A stretch of 64,000 bases of DNA from Lama glama (lineage: Eukaryota). How positions within the stretch are numbered: the first letter of the stretch is position 1; each line of letters opens with the position of its first letter. The notes beneath the pieces are model-generated. The model was given only the letters and a program-made list of their open reading frames with translations. It was not told the origin of the DNA and made no database searches. The stretch is taken from contig CM052818.1 in NCBI GenBank assembly GCA_028534125.1, positions 38,564,001 through 38,628,000 of the forward strand, read 5' to 3'. The translations under genes and the position numbers were made by a program. Shown one piece after another: positions 33,915-46,985 of this stretch.

Positions 33915-34345
33915 TTAATTCCATCCAGAAAATAATCATGGAGCACCTGGTAACTGTCGGGCACCGTGCTGGGTACAGGGACACAAGACAAGTTTCTTCC
34001 CCCAGAGATCCAACAATACGGGGGAGGAATAAACATGTTGAACTCACCTCCACAGAAGGCAGAGTGAGAGAAAGGTTTCCACTGGCTGTGGGAACACAGA
34101 ACAGAGGGACTCATTGCAGCCAAACAGACCAGGGTTAACTTATTAGACCAAGAGGCATTTGGGTGAGGCCTTAAAAGACAGGCAGAATTTTATTTTATTT
34201 TGGTTTTGTTTGTTTATTTGTTGCTAAAAGAAATGCAGTGGCAGAGCCCTGAAGAAGAGAGAATGGATTTATAGAGGAAGAGTGGATAAGTCAGATCATG
34301 GATCTGAACACGGAAGTCCTGGCGTACATCTGGAGAGCAGTGGGG
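33915..34345 (-). mobile_element. LINE-2 3' end (reverse)
   Basis: GAGCACCTGGTAACTGTCGGGCACCGTGCTGGGTACAGGGACACAAG...GAGGCCTTAAAAGACAGGCAGAATTT. Confidence 0.55.
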
Positions 34346-34350
34346 AGCAC

Positions 34351-34752
34351 TGTGAATTAGTCTGTCTGCGTGGCCAACAAACGATACCCCAGACCGGGGG
34401 CTTCCACGACAGAAGTTTCTCTCTCACTGTTTTGGAAGCTGAAGTCTGAGATCAAGCTGTGGGCAGGGTTGGTCTCTTCGAGGCCTCTCTCCTTAGCTTG
34501 TAGATGGCTGCCTTCTTACTGTGTCCTCATGATTCATCTCAACGAGTCTGGTGTCTCTCTGCGCATCCTAATCTCCTCTTCTTATAAGGACACCAGTGAG
34601 ATCGGATTTAGGGCCCACCCAAATGGCCTCATTTTACTTAATTACCTCTTTAAAGGTAATTTAAATACTGCAAATACAGTCACATTCCAAGGGACTGGGG
34701 GGTTAGGACTTCAACCTATGCATTTTAGGGAGATGTAATTCAGCCCATAGCA
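34351..34752 (-). mobile_element. MLT1B-like MaLR solo LTR
   Basis: TG...CA bounded; GAAGTCTGAGATCAAG, CCTAATCTCCTCTTCTTATAAGGACACCAGT, AAATACAGTCACATTC, AATTCAGCCCATAGCA. Confidence 0.92.
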
Positions 34753-37700
34753 GACAGCACACCCGAGGAAGGGGATGCATGTGGCCAGAGAGGAGGGGCA
34801 ATGTGGGGGTGAGACAGGGAGAACCTTAGGTTGAGGCCAGATTTCATAATCTCTTGAGTATAAGACTAATTCATTTGGCTGTTACTATGCTATAGGTTAA
34901 TGTTAATCAAAACATGCCCGTACTCTGCTGCGTGCTAACAGGTGTTAAGCAAACAAAAGACAGAGCCTAGTGCTCCATAGTCAAACTTAGGAAACCAATT
35001 TCTTCCCTGCAGGTCTTCTCAGGGCCCTTAACTATGTTACTGTGTATTGTGAATTCTCAAGAGGGAAGCATGATCACCGAAACCAATTTTCAATAAATAG
35101 AAAACACTGCTGAAGACCTGGGGAGCCAGCAAAGATTTTTGAACAGAAAAATCTTGAGGTGGATGGACCATCAGAGATGGTTAAACACCAGCCTCTGGGT
35201 GAGAGTATGTTCTAGAAGGCCTGGCCTCCATAGGTAGGGTAGCCTGTGGCTGGGCAGAGCCCTCTGGAGTCCAGGGAACCTCTCTGCTGCATCACCAACA
35301 CTTCTTCCATTCAACAAGTATGAATTAGGCGCCTCCTGTGTACAGGCATCTGATCCCCCAGCCTGGAGAGACTTGTCCAGGGTGTGTACCTCCTGCCTTA
35401 TCACCTGTGTCTCTGGGCAGGTTTTCAGTTCCACATGGATAAAGATGCTCCAGGGAGTTTGACATCATCAGCCATCTGGGGCCTGATGCCCAGGTCCCCT
35501 CTCACCCTCTCTTCAAATATATGCCACACCCGATGCAAAGACCTAGGACACATAATTACGGTAACTAGGACACTCCTGGCACCTCAAAGCTAAGCTGAGG
35601 CCCTGCTGCTCTAGCCAAAAAAGCAATCCTTCTAGAACAAAGGCCTCCACTTTCCAGCTCACAGGAGTCCTAGGAGGTGTAGACACAAGCCAGGAGACAG
35701 TTATTCTCAAGAATTCACAAGGTTTAATCTCAGCTGAACTGGGGGAGATGAGACCCAAGTCTCAGACCTGGGCAGGGGAGCTATGAGCCCAATAGCAGCA
35801 GAGAGGCTGCCTAGATCCAGCAGCCTCAGGGCTGCCTCCTCACTGCCTGGCCAAAGTCAGGGCTTTGCTTACATCCCCATTAGGAAACCAGTGGGAGGAT
35901 GGAGCCCTGCAGGAGAGGAGCAAGGACCTGCTGGGGACTCTTGGGGAGCAGGGTGCAAAGGACAGTGGGGAGGGGCTGTAGGAGGAGGGTTGACAGCTCA
36001 GGGGCGCTGGGCACCTGACTGGTGGTAAAAGATAATCAGGCTGTTTGGCTGCTAGGAATTTAGCTCTTATCCCCAGGCCTGTCCAAGGCTTCTAGGAACT
36101 TAGATGCAGCAATTTGTGATTGGGGATTTCTGGATGCAGCCCCTTCCATACAGAAACCTCTGGATTTTTTTCTTCTTGTTGTGTTTTTGCCAATAATATA
36201 TGTGACACATACCCTTGCGTATTCTCCAGCCCCAAGCTTCACTATTCCCAAGCCTGGGTGTGGAGCAATACTTCTACTCACATTACTTAGTAATTGAAAG
36301 AAACAAGAAAAATGAAAAGAAAAAAAGGAGCACGTCGGAGGGCATTTTTCCTGCTGCTACAACATGTCTCTGTTCCACGTAGCCACATCAAAATGTCAAG
36401 TGCCCTCCAGGGCCGGGGAAGACTTCTTGCCTTGCACCCCTCACGCACCCCCCATGTACCCTCCCAACACCCATGTGCTATGATGCTCTCAGGGTTGAGT
36501 GTGGCCTTAAGACAGAAGACAGCCGCTCCCTGCTTCCCTCCCGGGGCTTTCTTGGCCATTCCCAAGTCAGGGATCCAAGGACCAGCCCACCCCCACCCAG
36601 TGCGCTCTCCTTGCCTGGACAGCCAGTCATTGGCATTTGCTGGGGCTCATCCCCAAAGGCTCAGATGGAAAAACTTGAGGGAGCCTTTCCTTCCGATCTT
36701 TAATCTAATCCTCTTGGAGGAAACAAATTAAGTACTCAGTTTATAACCACAAGCTTTTTCCTGCCACGATGGAGCAAGTGACTCTGGGTGTCCCAAGTGG
36801 CACAGAAATCTAAAGAGCCAGCAACCCCTCAGGCCCACATTGTCCCTCACAGTCTGTGACCAAACACTTGTGGTTTGCAGATGGAAGTCAGCATGACTGA
36901 GCCCAACTACAGCCCCCAGACAATTTCATACGTTACCACCCTTCTAAGACGTGGCAAGAGCCCTGGGGGCTCCCAGTCCTGACCTTTCATCTTGGCTCCA
37001 GGCAAGGGGTCTCCCTCCTTGGGCCATAGTTTCTGCTTCTGTAAACCATAAAGATGCCTTCCAGCTCCCCAAGTTTATAATCCTGTACTCCTCCAGTGGA
37101 GTATATGTAATGTTTATTTTGAGGGAAAGGAGATTTTTTTTTAAGGACTTGAAAGTTTTAACTTCAGACTAAAAGTCATTTCGGATGATGTCACATTAAT
37201 TCAAGGCTAAGTGAATAGCTAGACTGTTGCCATGGAGTGTTTTTTGTGGGAAAAGAGAATGATTGGGGAAATTTCCTGTCCTCCAAAAGGTGTGTTTTGG
37301 GCACAGACTTTCTTTCTCTACTTTGCATCTATAATGGAACTTTGCCCGTTTCTTCCACACTAGGGGGACAGGTCGGGCCCCCTGCCCAGCTCCCTTCAGA
37401 ATGCAGATGTCCACTACTCTCAGGGCCAGGGAGCAAGCACGTGGTGAAACAGAAGTGAGTGGGTCTGTCGTTGACAAAGAGACCTGACTTCATACCAGTA
37501 TCTGACATTGCCAGCCTTCTGTTTAGGACAGCCGTGCCCTGGGGCTCTCAGGGAGTTTCAGGCCCTGAGGACTCCTGACCCTCAAGTGTCACACAGCTGT
37601 CTGGGGCAAGCGGTGACAGCTGGACATGTAACAGTGTGGGCATCACCACACTCCCTTGCAGCTGTAAGACCTGATAGATGCCAGGGGAGGCCTGGGCTAA

Positions 37701-38937
37701 AGATGCCAGAAACATCTGGTAGGGCCAGCAAATGTGAGCTAACCTACAGTCCTTTTGGGGGAAAATAGTTGATATGAAATACATTCTTGGATTAAGGTGG
37801 TTTGTAAACATGAAAGTTCACTGCTGAGGACCTCAGATCTCTCCAGACATTTCTGGGTTCATTGTTGAGAGAATGTTCTGAGAGAAGGGCCCAGGCACTG
37901 GAGTGGACTTCAGGCCCAGGGGTAAGATCGTGACATTGCCCAGGACCTTTGGAATTTCACTCTGAACCCGAATTACAGGCTGGCAGTCAGGCTGGCTGGG
38001 ACGCTGCAGGGCAGAAATCACCAAAGGGCAAGGCTGATTGGTAGATGGAGACCTGTGACTCTGGGAGGCCAATGAGCTATTTACAGGGCTTTTCTGATGT
38101 GAGGCCAGGAAATCATGTAGTGTTCTCTCTGCAACTGGCCAACACATGAAGTCCCGGGAACAAACTTCAACTCAAATTGTGAATTTTTAGGGTCACAAGA
38201 GGACATGGATTAATCAGACTATTTACCAAATGCTGTCAACACAAGCTGGAGGGAGCAGGCCCGCTGATGCCAGTGACATTTTGTGGATTTCTTGTAGCAT
38301 GTTTTGTCCATCCTTTCCTTATTAAACATTCAAATCCTCTTCATGTTCTCTAAAACAGGATCCTGTCGTCTGCTCACCCGCTGAGCACCAGTAATCTGAC
38401 ACACATGCCTGGAGCCACACTGGGCTGGAGGGCCCCGGGGCGCAGTCTCACCACATCATGCACAACACACACACACCGCGTGGATCACGCAGATGCTACA
38501 AAGCACGCACAGCCAGAAGCCTCCCGTGAGACTCAATCCCTCAGCCCAAGCCCCGGAAGTCTTTAAGCTGTCCGTGCAGAATTGACCCACCCTGGCCCTC
38601 AGCACAAAACATCTGGTTCTCACAAGAGCTCCCTGATGTTAGGGTGGCAAGTGCCCCCCCCCCCCGCCGCCACTTTTTGCATGGAGAAACCAAGGTACAG
38701 CAGACCCGTCACAGAACCCTGTTCAGTAGTCAGTCAAGGTTTAACGTAAAAGCAAAGACAGGTTTCTTCTACCCACAGAAGGGTGCCTTGGCCTGACGGG
38801 ATGCCTGCAGCCCAGGCCTGGCCTCTGTCTCTGCCCCAGTTTGGGGACTGACCATGGCTCATGGCCGCCCTCCTTATACTCCTCCTAGTCAGTCTGGCAA
38901 ACCTGAAACCTTGGCTACAAAGGCCACATCCTGATGG

Positions 38938-39144
38938 CAGTGCTATGCTGAAGAGGACTCATCTTGGCTCCTGACAGCCTATTGTTAAATATTCAGGAGT
39001 CTTACTAATCAGGTGTTTAAAGGTTGGTATTTTGACATTGACCACGGTGGGAATATTTATACCATGGAAATCAGTAAATGCCAACTGCCACACATCAGGG
39101 ACTTCTTTTTCCCTTAGAAAGATGGTTTATGTAGCACATCACTG
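38938..39144 (+). mobile_element. MER63A-like hAT MITE
   Basis: CAGTGCTATGCTG start, ATTGTTAAATATTCAGGA, GGTGGGAATATTTATACCATGGAAATC, end AGCACATCACTG (inverted terminal repeat). Confidence 0.8.
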
Positions 39145-40184
39145 CGTGCCAGAAAGAATCACTCTGACTTCAATAAGACCTCAAGACTTCATGAGCAGAG
39201 GGGATTTCTCTCAGGATTCACATTGCATACCACAGATGCCAACTCTGATAAGCAGAAATGAGAGTTAGGGGACAGATAGCAGAGACCCTACAGAATCCAC
39301 AGGAAATCTGGAGAAGCAGAATTGGGAAACAGGCTAGAAGTGAGGAAGCCCCAGCAAGTTGTGCCAGACTAGACCGCAGAAGGCTTGCCACCCAACGGCT
39401 GCATGTTCCCCTCAGTCCCGCTGCCACAGGGCACTGAACCTCCACCCCGAGTGCTTCCTCTTCTGCAGACAGAATCTAAATGTGTCTGCTCCTTGGCATC
39501 CCTTGCTGCAGCTCTGCATGGGTGCATTTGATTGGCTGACTCTAAGTCATATCTGCAACCCCCAGCAGTCAGGGTCATGAGGAACAATTCTCAGGCCTTT
39601 TCTGCTGCTGTAGGAGGTGGGAAGCTGACACACAAACAGATATCCCAAAGAGATGAAATCCGTAAAATGCCCCCTAGGAAAGGCTCTCCTCAGCCTGTCA
39701 GCTGCTGAGTTGACTGGTCTTGGGGTAACAGAGGAGAGTGAGGGCCTTAAAGAGCCCTATCCTCAAATCTTCTCCCACCCTGACCAAATTCTTCCCTCCT
39801 CTGCCCATCTAGTTGTGATTTTTACCACTGAAGTCTTCCGTTAAGTGAATAAGACCCCTCTCTGACAAGAAATAGCCTTCCTCGATTCCTCCAGGCCTTG
39901 GGTGGCATATTAGTCACTCACACCTCACTGTGGATCAGTATAATCTGACAGTTTCCTCTTATCCTCTCCATTCAGCTCAACTAAAAGAACGGGAGTAACA
40001 CTTAATCACATACATTAATGGAAGAATTAAGCACAGATAATCCACAACAGCAGGTAACCCAAGAAATATTTCCATCATAGCTCTGGGATGTTGTATATGA
40101 GTGACTAATTATACAAAGGCATTAGAATTGCCTATGTAAATTGCAAATGTGCAATGGATGGAGAAAGAGCTGCCAGTCCGTAAG

Positions 40185-40278
40185 CCTAGGGTGCATTTCA
40201 GCTTACAGACTATAAGTCAGTGGCACCCCTTAGAGTTGCACAGTGCGCAACTTACACAACTGCATATGGTAGCCCTAG
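40185..40278 (-). mobile_element. MER91-like (hAT-Tip100) fragment
   Basis: TGGCACCCCTTAGAGTTGCACAGTGCGCAACTTACACAACTGCATATGGTAGCCCT matches the reverse of the MER91 start. Confidence 0.65.
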
Positions 40279-41454
40279 TGGAGGCTGTTCAGGGCTCTCT
40301 GAGCAGAAAGGGAAGGAAGCCAAAAAGATACAACCACCAAAGAGCACATAGAATTGATCTTATCACTGAGAGAAGAGATATTACAAGACTTAATACATAA
40401 AACATAAACATACATGCAGCACATGACCACTTACAATAAGGCATCCTCACTCTCACTCAGACCCACCCTAATTCATAGAAAAAGAAGGACCAAAAACATG
40501 ATTATGCTTATGAAAAACAAAAAGTTAGAGACTATTTCATCATTCGAGGATGTGCTGGTGGAAAGAGGGAGGGGCTGCTGGCAGACAGATGGGAGGGCTG
40601 CTGGCAGACAGGTGGGGTGGAGCTGAGCTGCTCCGCAACCTGGTCCTCAGGTTGTGGAGTCACGAAGACGTGGAGAGGAGAGAAGCACACAGCCTGCCCT
40701 GCTCCCCCAAAGGCATGTTCCTTTATAACATGTGAAAGGGACTTACAGAGTAACAAGTACCCGATGAAGGAAGGCTTTGGTCTCTAAATAATCCCACGTT
40801 TGCAGCCTGTTGTTGATTTTACTTCAAAGAAAGGAAGCAAATCACCACTTTTCTCTCTAAGGCCACAGCTGTAGTCCTGCCTTCGTTTTCTGGTCATCCC
40901 AGCAGACCCAGCATCCAGAGCAGGGGGCTGAGCTCAGGCAGGTTCAGGCTGTACAGCAGACCTCACAGTGAGGAGATACGTGGGCCCTCAGCCTTGGAGC
41001 TGGACACACTGTCCCCTGAACTCTCTGGTTCACCTGGAACCAAGCTGCGCCTGGGCTGCTGAGTAAAGAAAACAAGCCCTTGGCTTGTGGTTAGGAGGCC
41101 TGGGCTCCAATCCAGCTGCCACCCAACTCAGGGTGAGTGAGAAAGCCCCTTCCCTTTCTGCACCCCAGATGGAGGCTACCCAGGCTCCTCCACCTCCCCA
41201 CCGTGGCCCCTGGAGTGCTCAGGCCACTCTGAAGACCCGCGTCTGATCCGTAACTACACTCACTGCATGGTGCCGTCCCCAAGCACAGACAGGGGGGGGC
41301 TTTCCCTTGGCCCTCCTTCTTTTGCCACCTCCCAAAGTCCATTCCCAAATTTCCACTCCCTCAGAGTCAGTCCAGGCTCCCGGTAGCCTGCCACCCTAGG
41401 AAGGACCTCACAAGGATTAAATGTGAAAAGTGAAAGCAGATGTGTACCTGAAGA

Positions 41455-42980
41455 AAACACAAAAAATACATTTTATAATCCAGCAGGGGGAAGATGCCTT
41501 TTTAAGCATGACACAAAACCTCAAGATCCATAAACTAGGAGATCGATCATTTTGACTAGATTTCCATATCAAGAAAGAAAACACCAAACAGCAAAAGCAA
41601 AGATAAATGAAAACCTAGGAAAAATACTTGGAACTCATATCACAGGTAAAAGATTCGTTTCCTTAAGACTTAAAAAGCTCCTTTGAGTCTGAGGGATGTA
41701 GTAAGCAGCACCTGTTTCCCTACCCAAATTCCAAACCAAGTAACAGACACAGGAATAGGCATATGAGGACCCCCCAAAACCAGCTTTATTACTGATGGAG
41801 CATTTGGAGAACATGATTTAGGGGTGCAAACAATGGGCCTCCTAATGAATGAAGCAGATCTGCCCACACATCACAGGCAGCTCTGGAAACCTGCAGGCCT
41901 CACGTGACAGGGGCAGGGCCTTTGTCGCTAAGTTGACTGTATAGCCGAGGGCCCCCAGGAGCACCTGTGTTCTGCAGGGAAGCAGATCTCAAAGGGCAGG
42001 GCGAGAGAGGCAAGGCATGTCCACTTCCTCCTCCCAAACTTACTGATCATATAACTCACTTCTCTACAGTCGATGTGGGGGAGGGAGAAGGGTCAGGAGG
42101 AGGACAAGACGTACATTTACTGATGTCCTTTCACTCAAGAGTATAAAGCATGAAGAAGGGAAATCCTCCCCTTTTCCAACAAGTTCCAATAAATCAGTAG
42201 GAAAAGAGAAATAATACAATAGAAAAATAGGAGAAGCTATGAACAGACAGTACATGGAAAAGGAAATTCAGATACACATACAAACGTATATGAAAGAGGC
42301 AAAACTTCACTCACAATATAAGAATCCAAACTAAAACTATCATGAAATATCATTCTGTACTTATCAAATTGGCAAAATTCAAAACACTTGTCACCACATT
42401 GTGTTGGCGCAAATGTGGGGAATTGGCACTCTCAGACATCACTGGGAAGATGGCACAACATTTTCGTAGGGCAAGGGGAATCAAAATTCCAAAGGCATTT
42501 CATGACCTCTGACCCCAAAAATCCACTTCTAGGTACTTATCCTACAGATTTAAGATATATGATATTTATGGCAGTACTGCTGCCATGCACTGCAAAAGAT
42601 TGAAACTAACCCACATGTACCTCAACAGAGGACTAATAAAACAAATCAAAGTACATCAATGCAATGTCATAATGCAGAGCTGTAAATACATTTAGGTAGT
42701 TCTGTATGTCCTAACATGAAATGATCTCCGAGGGAAGTAATATGAAATAAAGATACAGAACTTTTTGTACAGAATGCTACCATTTCCCTTAAAAAAATAA
42801 TATATGTGCTTAGAAATGCAGAGTCTCATTCCAGAAGTTCATCTAAGAAGCTGGTTCCTTTGGGGAAAGAAACTGGGAGACTGAGGTTAGGGTGAGAAGG
42901 AGACTCACTTTTGGCTGCACACCCTTGTGAGCCCTTTGGGTTTTATATCGTGTACACGCATTATCGAAAAATAAGTAAAT
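41455..42980 (+). mobile_element. Old L1 (L1ME-type) ORF2 3'/3'UTR remnant, split by an insert at about 41684-42181
   Basis: GCCTTTTTAAGCATGACACAAAACC, AGGAAAAATACTTG...CATATCACAGGTAAA, ATGAACAGACA, TCAAATTGGCAAAA, TGACCCCAAAAATCCACTTCTAGG. Confidence 0.82.
41684..42181 (-). mobile_element. Probable LTR-like insert within the L1
   Basis: About 500 bp of non-L1 sequence. The minus strand begins TGTTGG, carries AATAAA (reverse of CTTTATT near 41784) and ends CA; L1 continues on both sides (aagctcc / aagttcc). Confidence 0.5.
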
Positions 42981-44211
42981 ACGTCTGATGCAGCCTGGTC
43001 ATGTAGGACTGAGAATCCTGAGGTAGGATTACACTTGTTTCAAGGAAACCAAGACTGTGCACACCCTTCCCTCAGCCTCCTTAGCTTATTCCTGGCTGCC
43101 TGGCCCGCAGATCGGAAGGAGTGCATTTGTCTCCTCACTGAACCTGGCTTGGCCCCGCTGGGTGAGAGGGGCTGGAGAGGGCTCCTGCCTCCCTCAGAAA
43201 ACAGGCCAATGTGTCTTCCTGGGAGGGCAACTGCCAAGCCACAGCAAGGCTGCCAATTCTGAAGCCAGCTGCAAAGGAAAGATGAGCCAAGCTGGGCCAC
43301 AGTGTGAGTGACCGTGAGTTCTAGGAGGTTTCAGAAAGTGCTATGTGACTCCAGTACTGCAGTACTCCAATACTCAAGACCCACCCTGATCATAGGCCTC
43401 AGCCATCTCCCCCATCTACTCTGTCGGTCCTTCTCCCTTTCACTTGGTTCTGCCACCAAAGTATCTCCCCAGTTAGAAATTAGTCCATTTACCACGGTTC
43501 TGTCTCTAAATAAGATCAGGGCCCACAGGATGAGTGAGGTAGGCTTATCTATCTTTTCCTACTTAATGTGAATTTTCCTTAATGGATGCCCTTCACCCAG
43601 CGGGGATCTGTTATGATGTGGTGGATTTGGGAAGAGGCTGCTTCTGGAGCTGAGGCACTTGTGGAGAAGGGACAGGCCTTGTGGCCCATAAGATGGTGGG
43701 TTTTGAGCAGCCAGAGGCCAAAATAAACAAGAGAGATAAGTGCATCAACTAAAAGGTGGGTCTGCTAACTTCTCACGGTAGAGGCAGACATGTCTGAGGA
43801 CAGGGAAATTCCTGCCCTTCAGAGCATGTGTTTCAGAGCTGGGAATGAAGACAAAGAGCCTTTAAGCCACAGTCTCCTGACTGGTCACTTCCCAGCTACT
43901 GTGGCAGGTGTTGAAATAGCCCCTCCATCCCACTAGAGTCTGGAGAAAATCATCCTGTGAGGGAATCACAGCAAAGAGAAATTGTTCATTCTAAGCCGTT
44001 TATCAGTGGGAGGCCTCAGTCACAGAGCTCCACTCCAGGAGCTGACAACTGCCCCCAAACAGCAAGCATCACCGTGCACGGCCCCCATCGGGAGCAGGAA
44101 TACCTGACACTGCCAAGGAATCAGTGTGGCCCCCGATGAAGCCACACAGCATGCACTCCTGGAATACTGGGCTGGTACAGCTCCAAACTGGGGTGCCTCC
44201 ATGAGGGTATG

Positions 44212-44503
44212 TGTGATGGTTGATTTTACGTGTCTACTTGACTGTGCTATGGGGTACCTGACATTTGACCAAACATTACTCTGGGTGTGTCTGTGAGAGT
44301 GTTTTTGGATGATGTTAACATCTGAATCAGTAACTGAGTAAAGTAGATTCCCCTCCCTAACGTTAGTGGGCCTCATGCAGTCGAAGACCCGCAGAGAACA
44401 GAAAGGCTGGCCTTTTCTTAAATAAGAGGGAACTCCTCTTGTCTCTCTGTTTAAACTGGGACATTGGTCTTTTCCAGCCTTCAGACCAGGACTGAAATAT
44501 TGG
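44212..44503 (+). mobile_element. MLT2D-like ERVL LTR, 5' part
   Basis: TGTGATGGTTGATTTTACGTGTCTACTTGACTG...CAAACATTACTCTGGGTGTGTCTGTGAGAGTGTTTTTGGATGA...AACTGGGACATTGGTCTTTTCC. Confidence 0.88.
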
Positions 44504-45049
44504 TGCACACACACGTGCGTGCCTGTCCATGGGCAGTCACTGCTTCAAATTCTTCTGGCTTCCATCATATCTCCCACAGGCATGGGTGCAAAGGAGAAGA
44601 CAGGATGTGGTTGACCACTACCATGGTACACTGCAAAAATGCTTTCCCTGACTTCAAACATCACCTCCCTTACCAGAGATTCTTACACCCATGAATGCAA
44701 TGTCCTAATCTGATCAATTAACCTTCCTAATAGACCATAATGTACAAACCTCAGGGCCTACAGGGACCTGGCTGTTAATAAAAATATCTGAAGTGTAAGT
44801 GGTGGGACTGTGGCAATACAAAGAGCAGGTAACCCATCAAACACATGCAAATCCAAATTTGTATTAAACAACATGCTGTCGAAATAAAACACACTATTGT
44901 GTAGCTTTTGTAGGCCGTAAGCTCCCCATGGCTAGTTACAATGAAAATTAAACTTTCAGATAAAAATAATGACAAACAATAGCATTGTAATTAATAATCA
45001 GGAACTTCTCTAAGATAGAAAGAGAGAGAGTGAAACAAAAGTCTTTACA

Positions 45050-45165
45050 ACAATCTCACAAGGGAGGGAAGAAAACTGAGCACAGAGAGGCTACGTAGCT
45101 TACCTAAGATCACACAGCTAGTCGTATTAGATTCAGAACTTGAACTTAATTAGTCTGTCAGCAGA
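45050..45165 (-). mobile_element. MIR SINE
   Basis: GAAAACTGAGCACAGAGAGG...CTAAGATCACACAGCTAGT. Confidence 0.75.
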
Positions 45166-45643
45166 GCCGCTGAAATTAAGCTTTTTGTGAATTCAAAAGC
45201 TACAAGAGAACTGGGCTCTGTTATATGTGGGCATGATTATTTATGTCTCTGGCTGTATCCCTACAAATTGCCCTGGAGTCTTGAGCACACAAACAGGGAT
45301 TTCGAATCCCTACAGAGAACCAGTCCCTGTCAAGAAATTCCCTCTTTTATCAGTGGGGTTTGCTTGGTGGATTAGCTGGATAACTGTCTCTGTTCCCTAC
45401 TCTCTTCAGTGTAGATGAGCACCACAGTAGTGACCAGTAAAAGCCAGTACTTTTCTGATTTGAAAGGCAAGGCTTTGCTATGGCGGGACACTCACATTGC
45501 AGAGGCTGTTCTCCACACTGCTGTGTGACCTTGAACAAGTCCCCTGGCCACAAGGGCCTTCACCTGTAAACAGATCAAGCTGGAGGAGATGATCTTTTAA
45601 GTTCATCTGGGCCTGTCAGACAAAATTTAAAAAAAAACAAAAC

Positions 45644-46007
45644 GGTCCTAGGGCTTNNNNNNNNNNNNNNNNNNNNNNNNNNNNNNNNNNNNNNNNNNNN
45701 NNNNNNNNNNNNNNNNNNNNNNNNNNNNNNNNNNNNNNNNNNNNNNNNNNNNNNNNNNNNNNNNNNNNNNNNNNNNNNNNNNNNNGGCCCTCTTTCTGAT
45801 TTGTAGATGGCCACCTTCTTGCTGTGTCCTCGCAGAGAGGGCTCTGGTCTCTTCTCCTTGTAAGGCCACTAATTCATCATGGGGGCTCCACCTACATGAC
45901 CTCATCTAAACCTAATTTTCCCTCATCTACAAATACCATCATACTGGGGATCTGGGCTTCAAATTATGAGTTTGGGGCAGGGGGATATACATATTCAGTC
46001 CATAGCA
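45644..46007 (-). mobile_element. MLT1A0-like MaLR solo LTR (partly N)
   Basis: TTGTAGATGGCCACCTTCTTGCTGTGTCCTC, TAAGGCCACTAATTC, CATGACCTCATCTAAACCTAAT, terminal ATTCAGTCCATAGCA. Confidence 0.9.
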
Positions 46008-46789
46008 GGGCTGATAGATGAGTATAGCTGCTGAAAGTATGTCTTGGAAGAATGTACCATGCTTATCACACACCCTCTTTACAGGCCTCCCTGGCCTTCC
46101 TTTCAGTCTGACCACCTGCTTGCTAGCTAATGGCATGTATTGTGATTCTGGGGAACCTCAGTCCTCTCTTCCAAGTCTCCATTCCCAGACCATTGCATAA
46201 CCTGAGCCTTCACACCCATTCTTCAGGGAGAGTGAGGACTTTGAGCATAAGCCAGAGGGTAACTAGAAACCCCTTTACTCTTGCAGTTCCCAGACTGACC
46301 CCCCTAAGGACCTTACATATTCCAGTCTTGTTATTGCACTCATTTGCTAAAAGCCAAATAAAGAACTTGCACCTGAAAAACACTGAAACTTGTATGGTAC
46401 TCAGAGTTCCAGGGTGTAAAACTGGAGGTTAATCTTATACTCCTGCACAGGGGAAAGAGCTGGGGAACTAGAGAAGTAGCTTTCCAAAGCACACAGCTGG
46501 CCCTGGATATCTTCCCAGCTCTGCTGGAGAAGGAAGGGTGGGTCACTCCCCAGGGGCCAGGCAGCCAACGCCTCCCCAGGCAGGGTGTCCAGCCAAAGGA
46601 ATCCCATAGCCCAAGGTCCCTGGCAGTCCTGAGGCCTGGCATGCAGGTTGAGCAGGATACTGCTGCTGCAGCCTGGAGCCACTACCCACTACCAGCTGGC
46701 AGTGGCACTTTAGGCCTTTCCAGGGGGCATGGCTGGTGGCACTCATGACCATACAAACAGCCAGAAGATACGTTTAAGTGACCCGTGAT

Positions 46790-46985
46790 CTAAGTATCTA
46801 TTACTGCTCAACAAGCCACCCCAAAACCAATGGTATTAAACAATCATTTATTATTACTTCTCATAGGTCTAGTGGTTGAATGGGTTCAGCAAGATGGTTC
46901 TCATCCAGGTCCCCCCAAGAAGGAAACTGGGACCTCAACTGAACACCTCCAGCACGGCCTCTCCCTGTGGCCTGGGCTCTCTTGC
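46790..46985 (-). mobile_element. MLT1H/I-like LTR fragment
   Basis: TATTACTGCTCAACAAGCCACCCCAAAACCAATGGTATTAAACAATCATTTATTATT...GGCCTCTCCCTGTGGCCTGGGCT. Confidence 0.7.

Noticed and set aside
43803-43812. Isolated NF-kB site GGGAAATTCC (also GGGAGATTCC at 30026) and scattered AP-1 TGA(C/G)TCA sites
   Set aside because: Single short motifs are expected by chance in 64 kb and have no supporting context.
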